Shown here piece after piece: positions 19,004 to 29,051 of a DNA stretch of 64,000 nucleotides. Source of the DNA: an uncultured Bacteroidales bacterium (GTDB taxonomy: Bacteria; Bacteroidota; Bacteroidia; Bacteroidales; VadinHA17); assembly GCA_963732365.1 (NCBI GenBank), contig CAVSZC010000001.1:354526-418525 (forward strand), in the 5' to 3' direction. The position numbers and the translations under genes are program-made. Below the pieces are notes generated by a model that did no database searches, had not been told where the DNA came from, and worked only from the letters and a program-made list of their open reading frames with translations. Every line of letters starts with the position of its first letter. Position 1 is the first letter of the stretch.

Positions 19004-19023
19004 ACTACATCTTATCCGATATC

Positions 19024-20484
19024 CTATTTGTTGACCGGTGCGTTTTTAAGGGTCGCCACCAGGAAATTCCAGAACTTGCCGACTGACTCTATTTCAATCT
19101 TCTCATCCGGACTGTGAGGGAAGCGGATTGTGGGGCCAAAGCTTATCGAATCAAGTTTCGGATAGGCTCCCATGATTATGCCGCACTCAAGACCTGCATG
19201 TATCGCCTTTATCTCTGGCACCTTACCGTAGAGCTTATTGTATGTAGCCTGCATGGCTGCAAGAATCGGACTCTCCATGTTGGGATTCCATCCGGGGTAG
19301 CTTCCTGTGAGATTAACGTCAGCGTCAATAAGGTGGAACCCTGCTGCTATCTGCCATGCCGTTGCCTCCTTGGCAGTGTCAACAGAGCTGCGGGTAAGAC
19401 AGTATGCCTCGAACTTACCCTCCTTCACTCTGACAATGGCCAGGTTGTTTGATGTCTCAACCAGTCCCGGCATGCTCTGGCTCATCCTCTGCACGCCATT
19501 GGGGCAGACGAAGACAGCCCTGATGATCCTGTACTGGTCACCCTCATTCATTACCCTAGCCGGTAAGGCTACTGACTCAGCGAAAAACCTGATATCCGGA
19601 TCGACCTCTTTGAACTCGGTCCTGTAGATCTTCTCATACCCCTTAACGAATTTTTCGAACTGAGCCTTTTTGATCGACGGCACGGCAACGATACCTGAAG
19701 ATTCGCGAGGTATCGCGTTACGAAGATCGCCGCCGGCATACTCTGCTATGCGGAGGCCGAAATCATGCTCAGCCTGCTGAAAGAAGCGAAACATAATTTT
19801 GTTTGCGTTTGCCCGTTCGAGATTTATGTCCACACCTGAATGACCGCCACGCAAACCTTTTGCGATAATCTTATAAGCTGTCATCCCTGCAGGTGTCTTC
19901 TCCTGTTTGTAGGTGCGTACGGCGCTTACATCAATTCCTCCAGCACATCCGACGTAAAGCTCACCCTCATCCTCCGAGTCGAGGTTTATCATAATCTCTC
20001 CCTTGAGGACACCCTTCTTCAGATTCTTTGCGCCGGTCATTCCGGTCTCTTCATCTATTGTAAACAGCGCTTCAAGGGGTCCGTGAATGATTTTTGGATC
20101 AGTCATGGCAGCCATTGCAGCCGCCACACCGATGCCGTTATCGGCTCCGAGGGTCGTGCCGTTGGCCTTGACCCATCCCTGGTCAATACGTGTCTCAATC
20201 GGATCCTTCTCGAAATCAAACACCTTGTCGGAGTTTTTCTGAGGCACCATGTCAAGGTGACCCTGAAGGATGATCCCCGTGCGGTTCTCCATACCCTTTG
20301 TGGCTGGCTTGCGAAGAATGACGTTTCCGGTCTTGTCAACAATGGTCTCAATACCGTTTTCCTTGCCAAACTTCTTCATGTACTCTATCATCGCCTTCTC
20401 TTTTTTGGAGGGGCGGGGTATCTGTGTTATTTCATAGAAATACTTCCACAGAAGCTTTGGTTCCAATTTTGTTATTTCGCTCAT
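19024..20484 (-). CDS. pepD: Aminoacyl-histidine dipeptidase (M20C)
   Basis: IPRPSKKE, LQGHLDMV, TTLGADNGIG, DEETGMTGA, NLDSEDEG, IHAGLECG and HSPDE motifs. Confidence 0.95.
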   Translation of the reverse strand: MSEITKLEPKLLWKYFYEITQIPRPSKKEKAMIEYMKKFGKENGIETIVDKTGNVILRKPATKGMENRTGIILQGHLDMVPQKNSDKVFDFEKDPIETRIDQGWVKANGTTLGADNGIGVAAAMAAMTDPKIIHGPLEALFTIDEETGMTGAKNLKKGVLKGEIMINLDSEDEGELYVGCAGGIDVSAVRTYKQEKTPAGMTAYKIIAKGLRGGHSGVDINLERANANKIMFRFFQQAEHDFGLRIAEYAGGDLRNAIPRESSGIVAVPSIKKAQFEKFVKGYEKIYRTEFKEVDPDIRFFAESVALPARVMNEGDQYRIIRAVFVCPNGVQRMSQSMPGLVETSNNLAIVRVKEGKFEAYCLTRSSVDTAKEATAWQIAAGFHLIDADVNLTGSYPGWNPNMESPILAAMQATYNKLYGKVPEIKAIHAGLECGIIMGAYPKLDSISFGPTIRFPHSPDEKIEIESVGKFWNFLVATLKNAPVNK

Positions 20485-20501
20485 CTCAAAATGAATTATG
20501 T

Positions 20502-22223
20502 TTATTCTTTTACAATATTAGGCATCTCAAGGCCATATCCCTTTTTCTTATCCTCCGCTTTCAGAAGAAATGCAAATACCAGGGCAAGTACTCCAAGACC
20601 AGCAAAAATCATCATCGGCAGAGTATAGTTGTAGAATGAAAAGACATTATTATGTTTTGAAATTTTATCTCCTTTATCAGTGACGAAATATTGAATTTCA
20701 CCTTTATCTGAATAAGAATAATCCGTAATCTTCAATTCATTTTTCTTAACGGCCTTATTCAATGATTTTTTTGTTATAAACTCCGCGCCGATGGTATCAC
20801 TGGCAGCCGTAATAACAGCCCGGACAGATCCGTCTTCATTTTTGATGAAATCTGATATTTTGACATCCATGTTCTTGCGGCTCATGGTTCCGACTTCAGA
20901 AATGGTGTAACTACTTTGATCCGCCACTACGACCTGAGAAATCCTGTCTCCCTGTGAAGTAATGAAGCCAGTGCCTGCGACAGCGAAATAGCCAATAAAA
21001 CAATATTTATTAAGAACCCAGCCGATCAAAGCAGGCACTCCCATCAATCCCCAGTTCTGAACCCAGAAGACAAGGGCGTAGGCTGTCCCCAGCTGTTTTT
21101 CAGGTATTATCTTTGGTACAGAAGGCCACATTGCTGAAGGCACCAGTGAAAATCCGACACCGAGAACAAGGATAAGCAGTATGGCAATGAACCAATGATT
21201 CAGGAAAGGAATTGTGAACATAATGTGAACGAAGATCAGCAGTATGGCGCCAATTATCATGATTGTTGCGCCTTTGCCTTTCCTGTCATACAGGTTACCG
21301 AATAAAGGGGTAAGCAATATTGTCCCGAACGGCAACATTGCAGGAATTACGCCTGCCCAGTCTTCATTTATATGGAACTTCTGGACCATCAGATCGGTTG
21401 CATATTTAAGGAATGGGAATACAGCTGAGTAGAACAATACGCAAAGGATTGCAATGTACCACCAGCCTTTGTTTCCAACAATTTTCCATATGTCGGAAAT
21501 CCTGAATGCTTCTTCATCGTCGACTTTATTGGTTGCCTTGTTGTACGCTTCGGTTGAAGCATCCAGCTTCTTATCCATAAACGTATAGATGAAGAATGCT
21601 ATCAGACCAATACACAGCATAATCAGGCAGACAAGTATGGGTGCTGAGACTGTATTGAATCCTTTTGCGATCGGGACAGAAGTGGAAAGTGCCAGTGCGG
21701 TACCCATCCTGGCAGTAGCCATCTCGAGCCCCATTGCGAGGGCCAGTTCTTTTCCCTTGAACCACTTGACTATTATTTTTGAAACCGTGATACCTGCGGT
21801 TTCAACGCCAACGCCAAATATTGCAAAGCCTAACCCTGCCATCAATACCTGTGCGTTAACGTCCCAGAAAAGCACATGCCAGGTTTGTCCATCGAGCATA
21901 TGCGTCGAGACAGCCCAGTATTTTATTGCCGTTCCGGCAACCATAATTGAGGCTGCCATCATACCGGTGAAGCGTACTCCCATCTTATCAAGGATCAGAC
22001 CTCCAACGATCAGCATCAGGAGAAAAACATTGAACCAACCGTATGCGCTCGTAAAGAACCCGAAGTCAGAGCTGTTCCAGTGCAACTGGCCTTCAAGCAA
22101 TCCTTTCAGCGGGGCCATGACATCCGTAAGATAATAACCGCATAGCATGGTAAAAGCCACGACCGCCAGAGCAGTCCATCTTGCAGCTTTGGAATCGGCA
22201 AGTGTCTTTCTTATTTTTTCCAT
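20502..22223 (-). CDS. MFS transporter with a large soluble insertion before the last helix
   Basis: GGLILDKMGVR MFS motif A, KWFKGKELALAMG, many hydrophobic helices; about 120-aa hydrophilic insert between KYC and YNYTLPM. Confidence 0.88.
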   Translation of the reverse strand: MEKIRKTLADSKAARWTALAVVAFTMLCGYYLTDVMAPLKGLLEGQLHWNSSDFGFFTSAYGWFNVFLLMLIVGGLILDKMGVRFTGMMAASIMVAGTAIKYWAVSTHMLDGQTWHVLFWDVNAQVLMAGLGFAIFGVGVETAGITVSKIIVKWFKGKELALAMGLEMATARMGTALALSTSVPIAKGFNTVSAPILVCLIMLCIGLIAFFIYTFMDKKLDASTEAYNKATNKVDDEEAFRISDIWKIVGNKGWWYIAILCVLFYSAVFPFLKYATDLMVQKFHINEDWAGVIPAMLPFGTILLTPLFGNLYDRKGKGATIMIIGAILLIFVHIMFTIPFLNHWFIAILLILVLGVGFSLVPSAMWPSVPKIIPEKQLGTAYALVFWVQNWGLMGVPALIGWVLNKYCFIGYFAVAGTGFITSQGDRISQVVVADQSSYTISEVGTMSRKNMDVKISDFIKNEDGSVRAVITAASDTIGAEFITKKSLNKAVKKNELKITDYSYSDKGEIQYFVTDKGDKISKHNNVFSFYNYTLPMMIFAGLGVLALVFAFLLKAEDKKKGYGLEMPNIVKE

Positions 22224-22342
22224 ATTGTCTGTTTAATGATTTTGTAAGTGTGTAAATGTATAAAAAAATAGATCGAATAACCTATGCAAAAAACATAGCA
22301 GATGAACTTTATGGCACAATTTTGGTTGTAAAATTGAATAAC

Positions 22343-22350
22343 TATATTTG
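22343..22350 (+). promoter_or_regulatory. Sigma-A -7 element for the thioredoxin-family gene
   Basis: TATATTTG, with TTTG at 22321-22324 as a candidate -33 element. Confidence 0.6.
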
Positions 22351-22397
22351 CGTCGTTTATATTTAAATATCTGAATATTTGTAATTATCTTATTATC

Positions 22398-22919
22398 ATG
22401 AAGAAACTGTTACTTGCAATGATACTTTTTGTACCTGTCCTGATGGCAAAAGGACAGGAAACACAGGTAAAATGGTATTCGATAGAGGAAGCTGCAGCCC
22501 TGGCGCTGACCAGTCCGCGACCTATTTTTGTTGACGCCTATACTGACTGGTGCGGGTGGTGCAAGAAACTTGACAAGGACACATTTTCGCACCCTGTGAT
22601 AGCAGAGATACTGAACACGAAGTATTATGCAGTTAAGTTTGATGCAGAATCAACAGAACCGGTGACTTTCCAGGGAAGGAAATTCGTCAATGATGGTAAG
22701 ATGGGAAAAACGCATCAGCTTGCCTATGCTCTTCTTCAGGGCAATCTCGGTTATCCGACTGTAGTCTTCCTTACAGCCAACAGTGAACTTATCACTCCTG
22801 TTTCGGGCTACAAGACCCCCAAAGATATTGAGCCGATGCTTGTCTATTTCAGCGGCACATTATGGCAGTCACAGAGTTACGCGGACTTTGTGAAGACATT
22901 CCAGGGGAAGGCGCAGTAG
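22398..22919 (+). CDS. Exported thioredoxin-family protein (DUF255-like)
   Basis: Signal peptide, YTDWCGWCK and GYPT cis-Pro motif. Confidence 0.9.
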   Translation: MKKLLLAMILFVPVLMAKGQETQVKWYSIEEAAALALTSPRPIFVDAYTDWCGWCKKLDKDTFSHPVIAEILNTKYYAVKFDAESTEPVTFQGRKFVNDGKMGKTHQLAYALLQGNLGYPTVVFLTANSELITPVSGYKTPKDIEPMLVYFSGTLWQSQSYADFVKTFQGKAQ

Positions 22920-22920
22920 G

Positions 22921-22934
22921 GTCTTCCGTCTTCC
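22921..22934. repeat. Minimal heptamer array (GTCTTCC)x2 filling the gap between convergent genes
   Basis: Same unit, and same orientation relative to a minus-strand stop, as 10316-10350. Confidence 0.65.
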
Positions 22935-24055
22935 TATTTCCCAAGAATGAAGTTCGCCGGAAGGGCGACGGTATTTCCGAACTGGTATATCAGTTTGCGT
23001 GCAGTGCATATTGTCTCATTGCCTGATGATACCCTGATCTCAACCACATCAGGCACCCTGTAGAACAGCTTGTCGGCAACAGCAATCTCTTTTTCAGATA
23101 CAACAGGCCTCACGATCAGGTTAAGGTCTCTTGTCTTTCCGGAGGGGATGAATTCAATTGATACAGTCTCTCCGCCGTTACTGCCTTCATTGGTCATGCC
23201 ACCTGTCTCCGAGAAACTGAAGAGGGTGGTCTTTTTCCCGGCCATTGTCATCTGCGGAGTCAGCCATATACGGTAATGCTTTGTCTCTGTCCAGCTCTTC
23301 CCAGCAAAAAGTGCAGTATACGCGCGGTCGAGCCTGTTTATTTCGTTAATAGCAGAGCCGTCCTGCGGAAAGATGTTTGTCTCACCCGTAAGGATCATGT
23401 GTTTTCCCTCACGAAGCTCAAGCAGTCTCTTTGCGGCCTCTGCTGCCTCCTCTTCAAGTGTAGGGCTCTTCTTCTTCTGGACGAGGTATGGAACCCTTAT
23501 GAATGCAGTGTCGGCCCTGACTACTTTATATGCTGTATCTGTCTTCAGCGAGACATACTCCTGCGCACCCATATCAGGAAACAGGAGTCCCTGGTAGTCA
23601 GACTCACCCTGGCTGTGTGCGAAAGCAGTTTCAGCATATATATCCGGATTGATATCGAGAACCAACCCGTTTTTCTTGAGAGAGAGCAGGTTGGTCTGCA
23701 TAAGCGTGGTGCCCTGAATCACATAATACTGTGAAGGGTCTAACTCTTCGACCGTGCGCAGGGTCACATCCCTCAGAGACCATATCTCATTCTCGTCTGC
23801 AATGACATCTTCGAGTCCGATCATCTCCTTCGCAAATTCAGAGTACGGGCCTGGTATCTCTATGGTTCTTTCAGCTATTATGTCAAACTCAAGAACGGTG
23901 AGCGGGAGGGCATAGACGATGCTGCCGTCAGTTACCTTTACCTCGCCTCCCAACGGCAGAATAACGATATCTGATTTTGAACCGGTCTTTGCAGGAACAC
24001 ATCCGGATGTCAATAATAAAGCTGCAAATATAAACGGTGTAAATAGTCCTCTCAT
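22934..24055 (-). CDS. DUF4831-like lipoprotein
   Basis: Lipobox LTSGC; VYALPLT, PGPYSEFA, YTALFAGK, LFYRVP and IYQFG motifs. Confidence 0.7.
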   Translation of the reverse strand: MRGLFTPFIFAALLLTSGCVPAKTGSKSDIVILPLGGEVKVTDGSIVYALPLTVLEFDIIAERTIEIPGPYSEFAKEMIGLEDVIADENEIWSLRDVTLRTVEELDPSQYYVIQGTTLMQTNLLSLKKNGLVLDINPDIYAETAFAHSQGESDYQGLLFPDMGAQEYVSLKTDTAYKVVRADTAFIRVPYLVQKKKSPTLEEEAAEAAKRLLELREGKHMILTGETNIFPQDGSAINEINRLDRAYTALFAGKSWTETKHYRIWLTPQMTMAGKKTTLFSFSETGGMTNEGSNGGETVSIEFIPSGKTRDLNLIVRPVVSEKEIAVADKLFYRVPDVVEIRVSSGNETICTARKLIYQFGNTVALPANFILGK

Positions 24056-24068
24056 TGTCTTTGCTTTT

Positions 24069-25598
24069 TTACAAATATAGGCTAAAGTTATTGAAACGTG
24101 TTTCGCGGAAGGCTCTCCCGATATTCATCAGGATATCACCTGCTATGACAGCTTCTTCAGAGTGAATTCTGAGTGCCACATCGCCGGCGGCGCCGTGGAG
24201 GTAGACACCTGCTATTGCTGCCCTGACCGGGTCATAACCCTGGGCGAGCAGTGACGCAATCATACCTGTAAGCACGTCTCCGCTGCCCCCAGTGGCCATT
24301 CCGGGGTTACCCGTGCTGTTGAAGAATATTCTGCCGTCAGGCAGGGCCACCGAGGTATGAGCCCCTTTGAGGACAAGAATGCAATCATGTTCCGCCGCAA
24401 ACCTGCTCTCCCTGTCAAGGAGCTGGTAATCAGTCATATCCTCGCCTGTTAGTCGCCTGAACTCACCGGGATGCGGAGTAAGTATTGAATGCGGGGGTAT
24501 CAGCCTTAGCAACTCCCTGTTCTGGGCCATGATGTTGAGTGCGTCTGCATCGAGCACCAGAGGTATCATGGCTGTCTCCAGGATGGTTTTCAGTACGTTG
24601 TACGTGTCAGGATCCGTTCCCATTCCCGGTCCGATTCCTGCAGAATCGTATCTGGAGAGGTCAGGCACAGATGTAATGAACTCTGCTCCGGGGTCGGGGG
24701 AGACCATTACTTCCGGCAGTGCAGCCTGCACAGGCAGTACGGCTGCCACAGGCGTGTGAACTGTCACAAGCCCGGCGCCCGTGCGCAGGGCAGCACCTGC
24801 AGCCAGCGTGGCAGCACCGGCTTTACCGTACGATCCGGCAACAATAAGTGCATGACCGTAAGTGCCCTTATGGTCAAACTTCCTCCTTTTTCTCAGCATC
24901 GGAGTTACATCTTCCCTCATGATATAATGATATCTGGAAGGTTTCTTATTGATGGTTTCCTGGTGCAGGCCAATGTCAATAACCTCCCACCTCCCAGTAA
25001 AATCATCGTTTCCGGCAAACATGAACGATATTTTAGGAAACTGGAACGTCAGCGTCATGGAAGATCTTACAATTGTGTCCCGGCTGACATCGGTATTATC
25101 CTCGCAGAAGAGTCCTGAAGGAACGTCAATAGAGATCACATTTGCACCAGTGAGGTTTATACGGCGGATAACCTCTGCGGCTATTCCTGACGGAGGCTTG
25201 CTCAGTCCGGTTCCGAATATGGCATCGATAATCACTTCACTGCGGCTGACCGCCGGAAAAAGGGAGATGTCAGCAAGAGTAAATGAAGCAACGCCGGAAC
25301 GGGCAAGCCGGTCAGCATTAAGATTAAACTCATTGCTGTGTGAAGCACCCGTTTCAACAATATAAACCCTGACGGGGTGCTGCTCTTCATGCAGCAGCCT
25401 GGCAATGACAAGACCGTCTCCCCCATTGTTTCCCGGACCGGCAAAGACTGTAACACTGTTGTCATGAGCAATGTATTCCTTTATTTTCCGGAAGGCTGCC
25501 GTGGCAGCACGCTCCATGAGTCCTCCGGGAGTAACAGGCTCAAGTGCGATTGTGGCAGCGTCTATCTCCCTTATTTCTGACGATGTAAATATCTTCAT
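24069..25598 (-). CDS. nnr: Bifunctional NAD(P)H-hydrate epimerase/dehydratase (YjeF)
   Basis: LMERAA, GPGNNGGDG, DAIFGTG, HKGTYGH, LDADALN, TPHPGEF and GMATGGSGDVL motifs. Confidence 0.95.
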   Translation of the reverse strand: MKIFTSSEIREIDAATIALEPVTPGGLMERAATAAFRKIKEYIAHDNSVTVFAGPGNNGGDGLVIARLLHEEQHPVRVYIVETGASHSNEFNLNADRLARSGVASFTLADISLFPAVSRSEVIIDAIFGTGLSKPPSGIAAEVIRRINLTGANVISIDVPSGLFCEDNTDVSRDTIVRSSMTLTFQFPKISFMFAGNDDFTGRWEVIDIGLHQETINKKPSRYHYIMREDVTPMLRKRRKFDHKGTYGHALIVAGSYGKAGAATLAAGAALRTGAGLVTVHTPVAAVLPVQAALPEVMVSPDPGAEFITSVPDLSRYDSAGIGPGMGTDPDTYNVLKTILETAMIPLVLDADALNIMAQNRELLRLIPPHSILTPHPGEFRRLTGEDMTDYQLLDRESRFAAEHDCILVLKGAHTSVALPDGRIFFNSTGNPGMATGGSGDVLTGMIASLLAQGYDPVRAAIAGVYLHGAAGDVALRIHSEEAVIAGDILMNIGRAFRETRFNNFSLYL

Positions 25599-25623
25599 AG
25601 ATTATTGTTGAATATCAAACACA

Positions 25624-25708
25624 CAAATTTATATATATAGGTGATCCAAAAATATTATGGTACAATTTTCTTCCTGACACCGGCAATTAAAAAAGATTAA
25701 TATATTTG
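25624..25708. promoter_or_regulatory. Divergent sigma-A -7 elements (nnr and POT transporter)
   Basis: TAAATTTG on the minus strand at 25624-25631; TATATTTG on the plus strand at 25701-25708. Confidence 0.55.
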
Positions 25709-25751
25709 CCTGCGTCAGAAAAAACTATAAACCAATAAACAAACAAGAATT

Positions 25752-27539
25752 ATGCTTAAGAACCATCCAAAGGGACTGCTGGTAGCATTTTTTGCCAATA
25801 TGGGAGAGCGCTTCGGGTTTTACACCATGATGGCCATCCTGGTACTCTTCCTGCAGGCCAAATACGGCTTATCGGCTGAAAAAGCCGGGGGTATTTACAG
25901 CTGGTTTTATTTCAGCATTTATGCACTGGCCCTCGTCGGCGGTATACTGGCTGATTCAACCAGAAAATACAAGACTGTGATTCTTTTCGGCATCATCATC
26001 ATGTTCGGCGGTTATCTGCTGATGGCCATTCCGGGAATGACACTCACATTCACGATCATCGGGTTGTTCACCATTGCCTTTGGCAACGGTTTATTCAAGG
26101 GCAATCTCCAGGCAGTTGTGGGTCAGATGTATGATAACCCCCAGTATTCAAAGCTGAGGGACACTGCCTTTATGATATTCTATATGGGTATCAACGTAGG
26201 TGCATTCTTTGCTCCGTTTGCTGCTACAGCTATGAGAAACTGGTGGCTGAAGACCAACGGCTTTGCCCATGACGGAAGCCTTCCGGCATTATGCCACCGG
26301 TACCTGGAAGGGAATCTTACCGACACCGAAACATTCAGCCAGCTGGCAGCAAATGTAAGTCTTAACGGCCAGGCAGCCGATCTTACGAACTTTGCCAACA
26401 CCTACCTTGAGGTATTTTCAAAGGGCTACAACTATGCCTTTGGAATCGCTGCCGGTGCCATGGTGATCTCAATGCTCGTCTACATCTTCTTCGGCAAACT
26501 GCTTCCCAACAAGGAAAAGAAAGTGACGGAAGTTGCTGAAAAAGTTGATTTCCAGCCCCTCCCGCTCGTTTTTGCAATCATTGCAATGGGTGTTGTGGCA
26601 TACGGACTTCATTTTATCAAGCAGGTTGGCTGGGCCGCAGGTTTTGCATTCGGCCTCTTCGCTGCCTTCGTTACATGGATCATGCTCAGTTCAACAAAGG
26701 AAGAGAGGGCAAGAGTAGTATCACTGATACTTGTGTTTGTGGTGGTGGTCTTCTTCTGGATGTCTTTCCACCAGAACGGATTAACCCTGACTCTCTTTGC
26801 ACGTGATTATACAGTCAAACAGGTAGACCCCTTTACAAACCTATTCTTCACACTGCCTTCAATACTTGCAGTAATAGGTTCCGTAGCAGGTCTCGTGTTG
26901 CTGGTCCAGAAATCAACCAGCGCCATGAACAGAACAATTGGAGGTGTACTGTTTGTTGCAGCTATTGTATTCTCATATTTCAGGGTCACCGGGGCAGATT
27001 CACTGAACTCTATTTCTCCTGAGATCTTCCAGTCATTCAACCCCTTATTCATTGTTGCCCTTACGTTTCCGGTAATGGGTGCTTTTGCATGGATGAACAA
27101 GAAAGGTATTGAGCCTTCCACTCCCAAAAAAATCGGTATAGGGATGATAATTGCTGCTGTAGGCTTCATTGTTGTTCTTATCGCATCACTGAACCTTTCA
27201 TCTCCGAAGCTTCTGGCCGGGTCGCCCGTACCTGACGCTGAAAGAGTCATGCCCTACTGGCTGATAAGCAGTTACCTCATACTTACCATTGCTGAGTTAT
27301 TCCTGAGTCCTATGGGTCTCTCCTTTGTGTCAAAGGTTGCTCCATCGCGCTTCCAGGGACTAATGCAGGGTGGATGGCTTCTTGCCACAGCCGTCGGTAA
27401 CAAGCTCCTTTTCGTCGGAACCCTTCTGTGGGATAAGGTTGAACTGTGGGAACTGTGGGCAGTATTCATCGTATGCTGCATCCTTTCGGCCGCATTTATT
27501 TTCTCTGTCATGAAAAGACTTGAAAATGCAACCAAATAG
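25752..27539 (+). CDS. POT/PTR-family di/tripeptide transporter
   Basis: HPKGL, MGERFGFY, GNGLFKGN, FYMGINVGAF and AELFLSPMGLS motifs. Confidence 0.93.
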   Translation: MLKNHPKGLLVAFFANMGERFGFYTMMAILVLFLQAKYGLSAEKAGGIYSWFYFSIYALALVGGILADSTRKYKTVILFGIIIMFGGYLLMAIPGMTLTFTIIGLFTIAFGNGLFKGNLQAVVGQMYDNPQYSKLRDTAFMIFYMGINVGAFFAPFAATAMRNWWLKTNGFAHDGSLPALCHRYLEGNLTDTETFSQLAANVSLNGQAADLTNFANTYLEVFSKGYNYAFGIAAGAMVISMLVYIFFGKLLPNKEKKVTEVAEKVDFQPLPLVFAIIAMGVVAYGLHFIKQVGWAAGFAFGLFAAFVTWIMLSSTKEERARVVSLILVFVVVVFFWMSFHQNGLTLTLFARDYTVKQVDPFTNLFFTLPSILAVIGSVAGLVLLVQKSTSAMNRTIGGVLFVAAIVFSYFRVTGADSLNSISPEIFQSFNPLFIVALTFPVMGAFAWMNKKGIEPSTPKKIGIGMIIAAVGFIVVLIASLNLSSPKLLAGSPVPDAERVMPYWLISSYLILTIAELFLSPMGLSFVSKVAPSRFQGLMQGGWLLATAVGNKLLFVGTLLWDKVELWELWAVFIVCCILSAAFIFSVMKRLENATK

Positions 27540-27558
27540 CCTCTGCTGAAACCAAAGC

Positions 27559-27591
27559 AGCGACCTGCAAATTGCAGGTCGCTTTTTTTTT
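27559..27591 (+). terminator. Intrinsic terminator after the POT transporter
   Basis: AGCGACCTGCAA-A-TTGCAGGTCGCT followed by a T-run. Confidence 0.88.
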
Positions 27592-27662
27592 ATCTGAAAA
27601 GGAGCCTTTTTAGCCATAAAAAATAATTATCAATATATTTGTCTGTTTTTAAAATAACGGTT

Positions 27663-27896
27663 ATGAGCGGCAGGAACCTATACGATAAGGTATTTGCAAT
27701 ATTCGGGGCGATGATGGTATTCTTTTATTTCGGCCTCGGCTATTATGTGATCTTCTCACCATACCTGGATCATATTGACCGGCCCTTAAGGGTAATCATC
27801 GGAGCCCCGCTGCTTGTCTATGCTGTTTACAGGCTGTTTGTCTCCTACACAAAAATAAAAGAGAACTTCTTCAACGGAGAAGACGATGACCGGTAA
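27663..27896 (+). CDS. Small two-helix membrane protein
   Basis: Two hydrophobic segments and YAVYRL; TATATTTG at 27634-27641 supports ATG 27663. Confidence 0.7.
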   Translation: MSGRNLYDKVFAIFGAMMVFFYFGLGYYVIFSPYLDHIDRPLRVIIGAPLLVYAVYRLFVSYTKIKENFFNGEDDDR

Positions 27897-28064
27897 AACA
27901 GGTTCAGGGGATGGGGTCAAAGGCCGGTATAGCGGTCTTATAATGATGTGGCACATACTTTGTAACAGGTAACAAAAAGTGTTACACCTGAAAATTGGCA
28001 ACCTGAGAGAAAGCATCTTAATGAGATAATTATTAATATTGTGGGCTGCAGAAGCGGGAAAACA

Positions 28065-29036
28065 ATGGGAAAGATGAAAAAGTACCTGAGAAAAAGTGAG
28101 TTGATGTCACTGATTGTGATGATGGCCATCACTGCAGTTTTCGTCGTCACCTGCAAGAACCAGGGTACTCCGTCCGTGAGGGAGACTCCGACATCGGGTG
28201 ACATTAAGATTGTGGCAGATGAATCATTTCAGCCAATTGTAGATGCAGAGGCAGCAACATTCACATCGTTGTATAAATATGCAAGGATAACTCCCGTCTA
28301 CAAACCCGAAAAGGAGATGATTGCTGATTTTCTCAACGACTCGGTAAAAGTTATTGTTACATCATGGACTCCGACGGAAGAGCATAAGCAGCTGCTGCTG
28401 GATGCACGTACGGTTATCCGCACGACAACAGTTGCCTATGATGCGCTGGCACTCGTTATGCACAAGAGCAATAGTGACTCACTTCTTACCTATGACGAGG
28501 TGGAGGGAATATTTACCGGGAAGATCACCGAATGGAAGCAGATCAATCCGTCTTCGAAACTTGGCAGAATTAATATAGTTTTCGATAACGACCGCTCAGG
28601 AAACATCAGGTATTTCAGGGAGAAGTTCTCCATTCCTGACACACTGCCTGACAACTTCTTTGCAGTCAACAATAACCCTGAGGTTATTGAATACGTTTCA
28701 GAAAGTCCTGATGCGCTTGGAATAGTAAGCGTGAACTGGATAAGCGACACTGATGATTCATTAAGCGTAAGTTTCACATACAAGGTAAAAGTGGCAGGCG
28801 TCTCGATGCAGTATCTTGACAAGTCAACCTTTTACCTGCCGGTCCAGGGTTCAATTTTTGAAAAGACCTATCCCTTTGTAAGGGAGATAAACATGGTCTC
28901 CAGGGAGACGTTTTCAGGTCTTGGTTCAGGATTTATCACATGGGTCTCCGGGGAACAGGGACAACGAATTATTTTAAAGTCAGGGCTGGTCCCCGCGACT
29001 ATGCCCATAAGGCTGATACAGGTAAAAAAAGAGTAA
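28065..29036 (+). CDS. PstS-like substrate-binding-domain protein, probable lipoprotein
   Basis: Hydrophobic leader ending VVTC; ETPTSGDIKIVADESF, VAYDALALV, ALGIVSVNW, YPFVRE and GQRIILKSGLVPA motifs. Start uncertain (28041, 28065 or 28074). Confidence 0.82.
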   Translation: MGKMKKYLRKSELMSLIVMMAITAVFVVTCKNQGTPSVRETPTSGDIKIVADESFQPIVDAEAATFTSLYKYARITPVYKPEKEMIADFLNDSVKVIVTSWTPTEEHKQLLLDARTVIRTTTVAYDALALVMHKSNSDSLLTYDEVEGIFTGKITEWKQINPSSKLGRINIVFDNDRSGNIRYFREKFSIPDTLPDNFFAVNNNPEVIEYVSESPDALGIVSVNWISDTDDSLSVSFTYKVKVAGVSMQYLDKSTFYLPVQGSIFEKTYPFVREINMVSRETFSGLGSGFITWVSGEQGQRIILKSGLVPATMPIRLIQVKKE

Positions 29037-29051
29037 CTAAACCAGATAAAG

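Noticed and set aside
18361-19005. 214-aa minus-strand ORF
   Set aside because: It is antisense to the BCCP gene, which carries a clear EAMKM motif.
19840-20628. 262-aa plus-strand ORF
   Set aside because: It is an antisense shadow of pepD and the MFS gene with no recognisable motifs.
28065-29036. Call as pstS of a phosphate ABC transporter
   Set aside because: There are no pstC/pstA/pstB genes nearby and the context is a TonB motor operon; only fold-level similarity is supported.
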